A stretch of 64,000 nt of DNA from Eukaryota sp. TZLM1-RC (lineage: Eukaryota > Protista > Metamonada: BaSk clade): the NCBI GenBank assembly GCA_040285825.1, contig JAUPSS010000007.1, positions 1,648,689 through 1,712,688 on the forward strand. The letters run 5' to 3'. Shown one piece after another: positions 26,057-39,947 of the stretch (positions within the stretch are counted from its first letter, which is position 1; every line of letters starts with the position of its first letter). The translations under genes and the position numbers were made by a program. Under the pieces are notes generated by a model, which was given only the letters and a program-made list of their open reading frames with translations, was not told the DNA's origin and searched no databases.

Positions 26057-27145
26057 TTACCCAAGAACTTATGGTTTCCCATAAGGTGCTAATAGGGTCG
26101 TATTTAACGCCTACTAATCCCTAGTCGGCATAGTTTATGGTTGAGACTACGACGGTGTCTAATCGTCTTCGATCCCCCAACTTTCGACCTTGATTAATGA
26201 GAACATCTTTGGCAAATGCTTTCGCAGTAGTTAGTCATCCGGCAATCCAAGAATTTCACCTCTGACACCGGAGTACTAATGCCCCCAACTGTCCCTTTTA
26301 ATCATTACTCTAGTTCTCAAAACCAATAAAACAGAACCAAAGTCCTATTCTATTATTCCATGCTAAGTTATTCAATTGCATAAAGCCTGCTTTGAACACT
26401 CTAATTTTTTCAAAGTAAACGGTCTGAATTCAATAGCCACCGCCGAAGCAAATGACTAGTGTCCTCAGACAGAAGAATCTGTTTACCAACAGGAAAACCT
26501 GAAGATACGCAAATTCTGAGATTCAACTACGGACGATTTAAACGCAGCAATTTTAAGATACACTACTAGAGCTGGAATTACCGCGGCTGCTGGCACCAGA
26601 CTTGCCCTCTAGTAGCTCCTCGTTAAAGGTTTTAAGTTGTACTCATTCCAATTACGAACTCAAAAGAGCCCAGTATTGTTATTTTTTGTCACTACCTCCT
26701 CGTAATGAGATTGGGTAATTTTCGCGCCTGCTGCCTTCCTTGGATGTGGTAGCCATTTCTCAGGCTCCCTCTCCGGAATCAAACCCTAATTCCCCGTTAC
26801 CCGTCATCACCATCGTAAGCCACTACCTTACGATTTAGTTGATAGGGCAGTGATTTAAATGATATGTCGCTGTCCGAAGACATGCGATCAGCATAGTTAT
26901 TATGATTCACCAAAGACCTGTTGCCAGGATTGGTTTTGTATCTAATAAATGCATACTTCAAAAGAAGTATTTGCTGCATGTATTAGCTCTAGAATTACCA
27001 CGGTTATCCAAGTAGTAAGTACTATCAAATAAATTATCACTGATTTAATGAGCCATTCGCTGTTTCGGAGAAAACTCCTGAACTTAGACATGCATGGCTT
27101 AATCTTTGAGACAAGCATATGCCTACTGGCAGGATCAACCAGGTA
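25363..27145 (-). rRNA. 18S (SSU) rRNA
   Basis: Starts UACCUGGUUGAUCCUGCCAGUAG, contains GUGCCAGCAGCCGCGGUAAUUCCAGCUC, ends GUAGGUGAACCUGCGGAUGGAUCAUUG; ~1783 nt. Confidence 0.98.
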
Positions 27146-27741
27146 TCAACAATAAAACATTCCGATTAAAAAACCAGAAAAGTTCATAAATGTTACCTTT
27201 TGTGAAATCAATCAAATATGATTGTATCAATGTTGATCATTTGTGCTTTCCATAAAGATCCATTACATCCTGATAAATGTAATCAAATCTTATTGATGTG
27301 TCAATTTAAATTTTCAATCAAAAATGATTTCCCATAAAATTCGACACGTGTAGTAAAATTTAATGTTTCCATTAAGGCTTACATACAACACCAAAATTTT
27401 GTTCAACATGAACAATTGAGCTGTTTTCACATTTTCATAAATTATTTAAAAACAATCAATTGAAAATGATCAAATAGCAAGTACTTTCCGAAATGGGATA
27501 AAAAAATGAAAATTTCTTTCATTTCCTGACCCCCATTTCACGTTTCGCCATTTTTTGTGGTCTGATCTCATTTGGATGATTTTGAATCAATTTGTATAAA
27601 ACAAAGAACCTTTTGTAAAATCCACAATTTTAGACCATAATGGTCATCACTGTAAAACAACACCAGCAAATGCTATAACTAGAAATCTTTGATTCGTGTT
27701 TATACAAAAAACAAATCAACAGAACCAAAATCTATTGGATG

Positions 27742-30700
27742 ATGGGTTGGTAAAATTCCAATGTCAAAATTGGAAAATCTGAAGTTTGAAACCAGACCCA
27801 AAATCTGATCTTCCAACCTGAGCAACCTTCTGCGGTTTTTCTCATTTCCGTACTCCGACTTTGGGATGCGTCTGTAACTTCAAACACATTATACTCTTAG
27901 TGCCATGATTCTTGGGGGCAGAAGGGTAGACATCACAATTGCCATCAGTGCAGCAGCCTTGCCTAGCGCATTTTGGATTTCTATTCCGTAAATCTTGTAC
28001 CTATCGGTTATTGTAAGTGTTTCGTTTGACTCAATCACTCTTTTGATCTCAATTGTTCATGGATTGGCTTGATGTCTTCACCGTTGTACTTTCTTCTTGA
28101 TGAAGACTCTATCATAATAAAGTTTTCCTGGACAGTATTCTTTTCAGTACATACATCATCTTTTCTGCCAACACTATTGTTTTCAAGATTGCCATTGAAA
28201 CAGAATACATAAATCATTTCTTCATGTATCAAACCTGCCTTGTATCACTTGTGCATAAGCATGTTTTCACAGAAAGTGTGAAAACACAATAACATTCAAC
28301 AGCGTTTGAAACACTCATATGGATATTACAATTCAAAGATTTATTGTCAAGTGTGGAGTCTTTTTGTCATATAAGAAATGGGGATTTCAAATGAAAACTA
28401 TGACAAATTGTTTTAGCTTTTTTGGTGCAGTATTTTTGATCAATAGAGCATCTAGTTTTGTGTACTGATTTTGCAATAAAAGTGTTTGTTGAATTTATGA
28501 AATTTTAAACTTATTTTTTATTTATGTTTAATAAAAAAAGAAAAATTTCTTTATCAATGTAAAAGTTCACGCAACAATGTTTTTTTACACCAAAAATGTG
28601 ATCAAGAACACATGTTGTATTTATAAACTTGAAAACTTCTCTTGTAAAATGCGCCATTCGTTTCCCATTTTTTTCAAAGGCAAGATAACCATGTATAAAT
28701 TGTCGCAAATGTTGTAAAAAGATTATCAACAAAGGAATTCAAATCAAATGAATGACATGAACATTGGTTTTAATGATGTATAAAGCTCATAAATTTTGAA
28801 AAAGATACTGACCTAATCAAAAGAATGATAATCGTGCAGAAAATAGCGTTACCGTTGCCATATACAAACGATCACCTTTTGATTCAAATCAAACAAACGA
28901 TATCTGTTTCTAGAATACATTCAAAATGAAAGTGAAATTGTAAATTTTTTTGGAATTTATTTTTTTGTTTCTGTCAAATAACAAAAGTAAAATAATTTTT
29001 CTTTATCAATGTAAAAGTTCATGCAACAATGTTTTTCTACACCAAAAATGTGATCAAGAACACATGCTGTATTTATAAACTTGAAAACTTCTCATGTAAA
29101 ATGCGCCATTCGTTTCCATTTTTTCAAAGGCAAGATAACCATGTATAAATTGTCGCAAATGTTGTAAAAAGATTATCAACAAAGGAATTCAAATCAAATG
29201 AATGACATGAACATTGGTTTTAATGATGTATAAAGCTCATAAATTTTGAAAAGATACTGACCTAATCAAAAGAATGATAATCGTGCAGAAAATAGCGTTA
29301 CCGTTGCCATATACAAACGATCACCTTTTGATTCAAATCAAACAAACGATATCTGTTTCTAGAATACATTCAAAATGAAAGTGAAACTGTAAATTTTTTG
29401 GAATTTATTTTTTTGTTTCTGTCAAATAACAAAAGTAAAATAATTTTCTTTATCAATGTAAAAGTTCACGCAACAATGTTTTTCTACACCAAAAATGTGA
29501 TCAAAAACAAGTGGTGCTATTCATAAATTGAAAACTTCTCCTGTAAATTGCGCCATTCGTTTCGATTTTTTTAAAGGCAAGATAACCATGTATAAATTGT
29601 CGCAACAGTTGCAAAAGGATTATCAACAAAGAATTTAAATCAGATCAATGACATGAACATTGGTTTCAATGATGCATAAAGCTCAAAATTTTGAAAGAAA
29701 TACTAATCTAATCAAAAGAATGATAATCGTACAGAAATTAGCGTTACCGTTGCCATATACGAACACATGCAGAAAACAGGAAAGCAAAACCAAAATTAAT
29801 TGCATTATGGGTTGGTAAAATTCCAATGTCAAAATTGGAAAATCTGAAGTTTGAAACCAGACCCAAAATCTGATCTTCCAACCTGAGCAACCTTCTGCGG
29901 TTTTTCTCATTTCCGTACTCCGACTTTGGGATGCGTCTGTAACTTCAAACACATTATACTCTTAGTGCCATGATTCTTGGGGGCAGAAGGGTAGGCATCA
30001 CGATTGCCATCAGTGCAGCAGCCTTGCCTAGCGCATTTTGGCTTTCTATTCCGTAAATCTTGTACCTATCGGTTATTGTAAGTGTTTCGTTTGACTCAAT
30101 CACTCTTTTGATCTCAATTGTTCATGGATTGGCTTGATGTCTTCACCGTTGTACTTTCTTCTTGATGAAGACTCTATCATAATAAAGTTTTCCTGGACAG
30201 TATTCTTTTCAGTACATACATCATCTTTTCTGCCAACACTATTGTTTTCAAGATTGCCATTGAAACAGAATACATAAATCATTTCTTCATGTATCAAACC
30301 TGCCTTGTATCACTTGTGCATAAGCATGTTTTCACAGAAAGTGTGAAAACACAATAACATTCAACAGCGTTTGAAACACTCATATGGATATTACAATTCA
30401 AAGATTTATTGTCAAGTGTGGAGTCTTTTTGTCATATAAGAAATGGGGATTTCAAATGAAAACTATGACAAATTGTTTTAGCTTTTTTGGTGCAGTATTT
30501 TTGATCAATAGAGCATCTAGTTTCGTGTACTGATTTTGCAATAAAAGTGTTTGTTGAATTTATGAAATTTTAAACTTATTTTTTATTTATGTTTAATAAA
30601 AAAAAGAAAAACTTCTTTATCAATGTAAAAGTTCACGCAACAATGTTTTTTTACACCAAAAATGTGATCAAGAACACATGTTGTATTTATAAACTTGAAA

Positions 30701-32693
30701 ACTTCTCTTGTAAAATGCGCCATTCGTTTCCATTTTTTCAAAGGCAAGATAACCATGTATAAATTGTCGCAAATGTTGTAAAAAGATTATCAACAAAGGA
30801 ATTCAAATCAAATGAATGACATGAACATTGGTTTTAATGATGTATAAAGCTCATAAATTTTGAAAAAGATACTGACCTAATCAAAAGAATGATAATCGTG
30901 CAGAAAATAGCGTTACCGTTGCCATATACAAACGATCACCTTTTGATTCAAATCAAACAAACGATATCTGTTTCTAGAATACATTCAAAATGAAAGTGAA
31001 ACTGTAAATTTTTTGGAATTTATTTTTTTGTTTCTGTCAAATAACAAAAGTAAAATAATTTTCTTTATCAATGTAAAAGTTCATGCAACAATGTTTTTCT
31101 ACACCAAAAATGTGATCAAGAACACATGCTGTATTTATAAACTTGAAAACTTCTCTTGTAAAATGCGCCATTCGTTTCCATTTTTTCAAAGGCAAGATAA
31201 CCATGTATAAATTGTCGCAAATGTTGTAAAAAGATTATCAACAAAGGAATTCAAATCAAATGAATGACATGAACATTGGTTTTAATGATGTATAAAGCTC
31301 ATAAATTTTGAAAAAGATACTGACCTAATCAAAAGAATGATAATCGTGCAGAAAATAGCGTTACCGTTGCCATATACAAACGATCACCTTTTGATTCAGG
31401 TCAAACAAATGATATCTGTTTCTAGAATACATTCAAAACGAAAGTGAAACTGTAAATTTTTTTGGAATTTATTTTTTTGTTTCTGTCAAATAACAAAAGT
31501 AAAATAATTTTTCTTTATCAATGTAAAATTTCATGCAACAATGTTATTTTACACCAAAAATGTGATCAAGAACACATGCTGTATTTATAAACTTGAAAAC
31601 TTCTTTTGTAAAATGCGCCATTCGTTTCGATTTTTTCAAAGGCAAGATAACCATGTATAAATTGTCGCAACAGTTGCAAAAGGATTATCAACAAAGGAAT
31701 TTAAATCAGATCAATGACATGAACATTGGTTTCAATGATGCATAAAGCTCAAAATTTTGAAAGAAATACTAATCTAATCAAAAGAAAGATAATCGTGCAG
31801 AAATTAGCGTTACCCTTGCCATATACGAACACATGCAGAAAACAGGAAAGCAAAACCAAAATTAATTGCATTATGGGTTGGTAAAATTCCAATGTCAAAA
31901 TTGGAAAATCTGAAGTTTGAAACCAGACCCAAAATCTGATCTTCCAACCTGAGCAACCTTCTGCGGTTTTTTTCATTTCCGTACTCCGACTTTGGGATGC
32001 GTCTGTAACTTCAAACACATTATACTCTTAGTGCCATGATTCTTGGGGGCAGAAGGGTAGACATCACAATTGCCATCAGTGCAGCAGCCTTGCCTAGCGC
32101 ATTTTGGATTTCTATTCCGTAAATCTTGTACCTATCGGTTATTGTAAGTGTTTCGTTTGACTCAATCACTCTTTTGATCTCAATTGTTCATGGATTGGCT
32201 TGATGTCTTCACCGTTGTACTTTCTTCTTGATGAAGACTCTATCGTAATAAAGTTTTCCTGGACAGTATTCTTTTCAGTACATACATCATCTTTTCTGCC
32301 AACACTATTGTTTTCAAGATTGCCATTGAAACAGAATACATAAATCATTTCTTCATGTATCAAACCTGCCTTGTATCACTTGTGCATAAGCATGTTTTCA
32401 CAGAAAGTGTGAAAACACAATAACATTCAACAGCGTTTGAAACACTCATATGGATATTACAATTCAAAGATTTATTGTCAAGTGTGGAGTCTTTTTTGTC
32501 ATATAAGAAATGGGGATTTCAAATGAAAACTATGCCAAATTGTTTTAGCTTTTTTGGTGCAGTATTTTTGATCAATAGAGCATCTTGTTTCGCGTACTTA
32601 TTTTGCAATAAAAGTGTTTGTTGAATTTATGAAATTTTAAATTTATTTTTTATTTATGTTTAAAAAAATGAACAAAAACTTCTTTATCAATGT
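27742..32693. repeat. rDNA spacer 2.07-kb tandem repeat (~2.4 copies) with internal ~450-bp subrepeats
   Basis: atgggttggtaaaattcc at 27742, 29807, 31873; subrepeat marker tctttatcaatgtaaaa at ~28548, 29000, 29448. Confidence 0.93.
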
Positions 32694-32699
32694 TTTACA

Positions 32700-35600
32700 A
32701 AAAAAAATGTTTAAAAAATTACACTCAATGATTCAAAATATACAAAAAAAAATCATTTGAAAAAATGTAATCATGAGTTTGTACTGATCAAAGTAACACA
32801 TAGCCAACATTACTAACACACAATTTCACACAAAGTTTGATCACAAGTTGATCACATCTAGTACATAAAGACTACATGCAACTCATCTAATCACACCAAT
32901 GACCATTCAACCAATCATACCAATGACTAATCAAATGACCATAGCACGGACTTTAACACCACAATTGTTATATTAATTGTCCCAAAATGGACTTTAAAGA
33001 TTTGACCAATGATTGTAATAAACAACCATTGGTCAATATACGAAACTAGGAACTTCATATGAGCCTCAGTAAATCGTATCAAAAACGATACTCTTACACT
33101 TACAGCAATTGTTTTATTAGTTTACAACATTCAATTGTATACTTTTGATTTTTTACTTTTTTTACAATTTAATGTTTAAAAATTAATACACTCAATTAAT
33201 TCAAATATATACAAAATCATTTGAAAATGTAATCATGAGTTTGTACTGATCAAGTAACACATAGCCAACATTACTCACACACAATTTCACACAAAGTTTG
33301 ATCACAAGTTGATCACATCTAGTACATAAAGACTACATGCAACTCATCTAATCATACCAATGACCATTCAACCAATCATACCAATGACTACTCAAATGAC
33401 CATAGCACGGACTTTAACACCACAATTGTTATATTAATTGTCCCAAAATGGACTTTAAAGATTTGACCAATGATTGTAATAAACAACCATTGGTCAATAT
33501 ACGAAACTAGGAACTTCATATGAGCCTCAGTAAATCGTATCAAAAACGATACTCTTACACTTACAGCAATTGTTTTATTAGTTTACAACATTCAATTGTA
33601 TACTTTTTGATTTTTTACTTTTTTTACAATTTAATGTTTAAAAATTAATACACTCAATTAATTCAAATATATACAAAATCATTTGAAAATGTAATCATGA
33701 GTTTGTACTGATCAAGTAACACATAGCCAACATTACTCACACACAATTTCACACAAAGTTTGATCACAAGTTGATCACATCTAGTACATAAGGACTACAT
33801 GCAACTCATCTAATCACACCAATGACCATTCAACCAATCATACCAATGACTACTCAAATGACCATAGCACGGACTTTAACACCACAATTGTTATATTAAT
33901 TGTCCCAAAATGGACTTTAAAGATTTGACCAATGATTGTAATAAACAACCATTGGTCAATATACGAAACTAGGAACTTCATATGAGCCTCAGTAAATCGT
34001 ATCAAAAACGATACTCTTACACTTACAGCAATTGTTTTATTAGTTTACAACATTCAATTGTATACTTTTTGATTTTTTACTTTTTTTACAATTTAATGTT
34101 TAAAAATTAATACACTCAATTAATTCAAATATATACAAAATCATTTGAAAATGTAATCATGAGTTTGTACTGATCAAGTAACACATAGCCAACATTACTC
34201 ACACACAATTTCACACAAAGTTTGATCACAAGTTGATCACATCTAGTACATAAAGACTACATGCAACTCATCTAATCACACCAATGACCATTCAACCAAT
34301 CAAACCAATGACTACTCAAATGACCATAGCACGGACTTTAACACCACAATTGTTATATTAATTGTCCCAAAATGGACTTTAAAGATTTGACCAATGATTG
34401 TAATAAACAACCATTGGTCAATATACGAAACTAGGAACTTCATATGAGCCTCAGTAAATCGTATCAAAAACGATACTCTTACACTTACAGCAATTGTTTT
34501 ATTAGTTTACAACATTCAATTGTATACTTTTTGATTTTTTACTTTTTTTACAATTTAATGTTTAAAAATTAATACACTCAATTAATTCAAATATATACAA
34601 AATCATTTGAAAATGTAATCATGAGTTTGTACTGATCAAGTAACACATAGCCAACATTACTCACACACAATTTCACACAAAGTTTGATCACAAGTTGATC
34701 ACATCTAGTACATAAAGACTACATGCAACTCATCTAATCATACCAATGACCATTCAACCAATCATACCAATGACTACTCAAATGACCATAGCACGGACTT
34801 TAACACCACAATTGTTATATTAATTGTCCCAAAATGGACTTTAAAGATTTGACCAATGATTGTAATAAACAACCATTGGTCAATATACGAAACTAGGAAC
34901 TTCATATGAGCCTCAGTAAATCGTATCAAAAACGATACTCTTACACTTACAGCAATTGTTTTATTAGTTTACAACATTCAATTGTATACTTTTTGATTTT
35001 TTACTTTTTTTCAATTTAATGTTTAAAAATTAATACACTCAATTAATTCAAATATATACAAAATCATTTGAAAATGTAATCATGAGTTTGTACTGATCAA
35101 GTAACACATAGCCAACATTACTAACACACAATTTCACACAAAGTTTGATCACAAGTTGATCACATCTAGTACATAAAGACTACATGCAACTCATCTAATC
35201 ATACCAATGACCATTCAACCAATCATACCAATGACTACTCAAATGACCATAGCACGGACTTTAACACCACAATTGTTATATTAATTGTCCCAAAATGGAC
35301 TTTAAAGATTTGACCAATGATTGTAATAAACAACCATTGGTCAATATACGAAACTAGGAACTTCATATGAGCCTCAGTAAATCGTATCAAAAACGATACT
35401 CTTACACTTACAGCAATTGTTTTATTAGTTTACAACATTCAATTGTATACTTTTTGATTTTTTACTTTTTTACAATTTAATGTTTAAAAATTAATACACT
35501 CAATTAATTCAAATATATACAAAATCATTTGAAAATGTAATCATGAGTTTGTACTGATCAAGTAACACATAGCCAACATTACTAACACACAATTTCACAC

Positions 35601-38600
35601 AAAGTTTGATCACAAGTTGATCACATCTAGTACATAAAGACTACATGCAACTCACCAATGACCATTCAACCAATCATACCAATGACTACTCAAATGACCA
35701 TAGCACGGACTTTAACACCACAATTGTTATATTAATTGTCCCAAAATGGACTTTAAAGATTTGACCAATGATTGTAATAAACAACCATTGGTCAATATAC
35801 GAAACTAGGAACTTCATATGAGCCTCAGTAAATCGTATCAAAAACGATACTCTTACACTTACAGCAATTGTTTTATTAGTTTACAACATTCAATTGTATA
35901 CTTTTTGATTTTTTACTTTTTTTACAATTTAATGTTTAAAAATTAATACACTCAATTAATTCAAATATATACAAAATCATTTGAAAATGTAATCATGAGT
36001 TTGTACTGATCAAGTAACACATAGCCAACATTACTAACACACAATTTCACACAAAGTTTGATCACAAGTTGATCACATCTAGTACATAAAGACTACATGC
36101 AACTCATCTAATCATACCAATGACCATTCAACCAATCATACCAATGACTACTCAAATGACCATAGCACGGACTTTAACACCACAATTGTTATATTAATTG
36201 TCCCAAAATGGACTTTAAAGATTTGACCAATGATTGTAATAAACAACCATTGGTCAATATACGAAACTAGGAACTTCATATGAGCCTCAGTAAATCGTAT
36301 CAAAAACGATACTCTTACACTTACAGCAATTGTTTTATTAGTTTACAACATTCAATTGTATACTTTTTGATTTTTTACTTTTTTACAATTTAATGTTTAA
36401 AAATTAATACACTCAATTAATTCAAATATATACAAAATCATTTGAAAATGTAATCATGAGTTTGTACTGATCAAGTAACACATAGCCAACATTACTAACA
36501 CACAATTTCACACAAAGTTTGATCACAAGTTGATCACATCTAGTACATAAAGACTACATGCAACTCATCTAATCATACCAATGACCATTCAACCAATCAT
36601 ACCAATGACTACTCAAATGACCATAGCACGGACTTTAACACCACAATTGTTATATTAATTGTCCCAAAATGGACTTTAAAGATTTGACCAATGATTGTAA
36701 TAAACAACCATTGGTCAATATACGAAACTAGGAACTTCATATGAGCCTCAGTAAATCGTATCAAAAACGATACTCTTACACTTACAGCAATTGTTTTATT
36801 AGTTTACAACATTCAATTGTATACTTTTTGATTTTTTACTTTTTTACAATTTAATGTTTAAAAATTAATACACTCAATTAATTCAAATATATACAAAATC
36901 ATTTGAAAATGTAATCATGAGTTTGTACTGATCAAGTAACACATAGCCAACATTACTCACACACAATTTCACACAAAGTTTGATCACAAGTTGATCACAT
37001 CTAGTACATAAAGACTACATGCAACTCATCTAATCATACCAATGACCATTCAACCAATCATACCAATGACTACTCAAATGACCATAGCACGGACTTTAAC
37101 ACCACAATTGTTATATTAATTGTCCCAAAATGGACTTTAAAGATTTGACCAATGATTGTAATAAACAACCATTGGTCAATATACGAAACTAGGAACTTCA
37201 TATGAGCCTCAGTAAATCGTATCAAAAACGATACTCTTACACTTACAGCAATTGTTTTATTAGTTTACAACATTCAATTGTATACTTTTTGATTTTTTAC
37301 TTTTTTACAATTTAATGTTTAAAAATTAATACACTCAATTAATTCAAATATATACAAAATCATTTGAAAATGTAATCATGAGTTTGTACTGATCAAGTAA
37401 CACATAGCCAACATTACTAACACACAATTTCACACAAAGTTTGATCACAAGTTGATCACATCTAGTACATAAAGACTACATGCAACTCATCTAATCATAC
37501 CAATGACCATTCAACCAATCATACCAATGACTAATCAAATGACCATAGCAAGGACTTTAACACCACAATTGTTATATTAATTGTCCCAAAATGGACTTTA
37601 AAGATTTGACCAATGATTGTAATAAACAACCATTGGTCAATATACGAAACTAGGAACTTCATATGAGCCTCAGTAAATCGTATCAAAAAAACGATACTCT
37701 TACACTTACAGCAATTGTTTTATTAGTTTACAACATTCAATTGTATACTTTTTGATTTTTTACTTTTTTACAATTTAATGTTTAAAAATTAATACACTCA
37801 ATTAATTCAAATATATACAAAATCATTTGAAAATGTAATCATGAGTTTGTACTGATCAAGTAACACATAGCCAACATTACTAACACACAATTTCACACAA
37901 AGTTTGATCACAAGTTGATCACATCTAGTACATAAAGACTACATGCAACTCATCTAATCATACCAATGACCATTCAACCAATCATACCAATGACTAATCA
38001 AATGACCATAGCAAGGACTTTAACACCACAATTGTTATAATAATTGTCCCAAAATGGACTTTAAAGATTTGACCAATGATTGTAATAAACAACCATTGGT
38101 CAATATACGAAACTAGGAACTTCATATGAGCCTCAGTAAATCGTATCAAATACGATACTCTTACACTTACAGCAATTGTTTTATTAGTTTACAACATTCA
38201 ATTGTATACTTTTTGATTTTTTACTTTTTTTACAATTTAATGTTTAAAAATTAATACACTCAATTAATTCAAATATATACAAAATCAATTGAAAATGTAA
38301 TCATGAGTTTGTACTGATCAAGTAACACATAGCCAACATTACTCACACACAATTTCTCACAAAGTTTGATCACCAGTTGATCACATCTAGTACATAAGGA
38401 CTACATGCAACTCACCTAATCATACCAATGACCATTCAACCAATCATACCAATGACTAATCAAATGACCATAGCACGGACTTTAACACCACAATTGTTAT
38501 ATTAATTGTCCCAAAATGGACTTTAAATATTTGACCAACGATTGTAATAAACAACCATTGGTCGATATACGAAACTAGGAACTTCATATGAGCCTCAGTA

Positions 38601-39478
38601 AATCGTATCAAAAACGATACTCTTACACTTACAGCAATTGTTTTATTAGTTTACAACATTCAATTGTATACTTTTTGATTTTTTATTTTTTTTACAATTT
38701 AATGTTTAAAAATTAATAAACTCAATTAATTCAAAAATATACAAAATCAATTGAAAATGTAATCATGAGTTTGTACTGATCAAGTAACACATAGCCAACA
38801 TTACTCACACACAATTTCACACAAAGTTTGATCACCAGTTGATCACATCTAGTACATAAGGACTACATGCAACTCACCAAATCATACCAATGACCATTCA
38901 ACCAATCATACCAATGACTACTCAAATGACCATAGCACAGATTTTAACACCACAATTGTTATAATAATTGTCCCAAAATGGACTTTAAAGATTTGACCAA
39001 TGATTGTAATAAACAACCATTGGTCAATATACGAAACTAGGAACTTCATATGAGCCTCAGTAAATCGTATCAAAAACGATACTCTTACACTTACAGCAAT
39101 GGTTTTATTAGTTTGCAACATTCAATTGTATACTTTTTGATTTTTTACTATTTTTACAATTTAATGTTTAAAAATTAATAAACTCAATTAATTCAAATAT
39201 ATACAAAATCAAATTGAAAATGTAATCACGAGTTTGTACTGATCAAGTAACACATAGCCAACATTACTCACACACAATTTCACACAAAGTTTGATCACAA
39301 CTTGATCACATCTAGTACATAAGGACTACATGCAACTCACGTAATCACAGCAATGACCATTCAACCAATCATACCAATGACTACTCAAATGACCATAGCA
39401 CGGATTTTAACAACACAATTGTTATAATAATTGTCCCAAAATGGACTTTAAAGATTTGACCAATGATTGTAATAAACA
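32700..39478 (-). repeat. ~460-bp tandem repeat array, ~14.7 copies, upstream of the rDNA unit
   Basis: Same repeat as arrays at 4184, 12433, 19783; copies accumulate substitutions toward 39478. Confidence 0.97.
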
Positions 39479-39947
39479 TCCAATACTGAATTAAGTGAAA
39501 TATTCAGATTGTACCTTTGATTTCGAGTGGTCATGGAACTTTTTACAATAAAACAAAAGTAATTTTTCACCAATTTGGATACATGAGGTAGCAGAATAAC
39601 TTTCATTTTGAATAGAAGTTTTAAGTTTTACAATCCTCTTGATATAATTTTTCACAAAATAAAAGAAGAGTGTTAATTTAGGTTGGTACTTTTGTTTCAA
39701 TTTTCAAACAGGTATGCCGTTATTCTTAATATAAATACTTCGTATCGAAAAATATAGTCTCCATCACTTAAAATTCATTTATTTTTAGCTAATGCAAACT
39801 TTTCAAAAAAAACTCATCTTTCTACAAATGTGCCAACATAAAGTAAATTGAAAAAGTTCAAAGACATGATCAAACTGTTTTGTAAAAAAATATTTAAAAA
39901 AAGACAAAAACATGGTTTATTGGCAATGTACACAAATTCACCCTAAC

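Noticed and set aside
22286-26979. ORFs inside the rDNA
   Set aside because: Incidental frames within 28S and 18S rRNA.
27146-32700. 5S rRNA or tRNA in the spacer
   Set aside because: No recognisable 5S or cloverleaf motifs by eye; a covariance search would be needed to exclude them.
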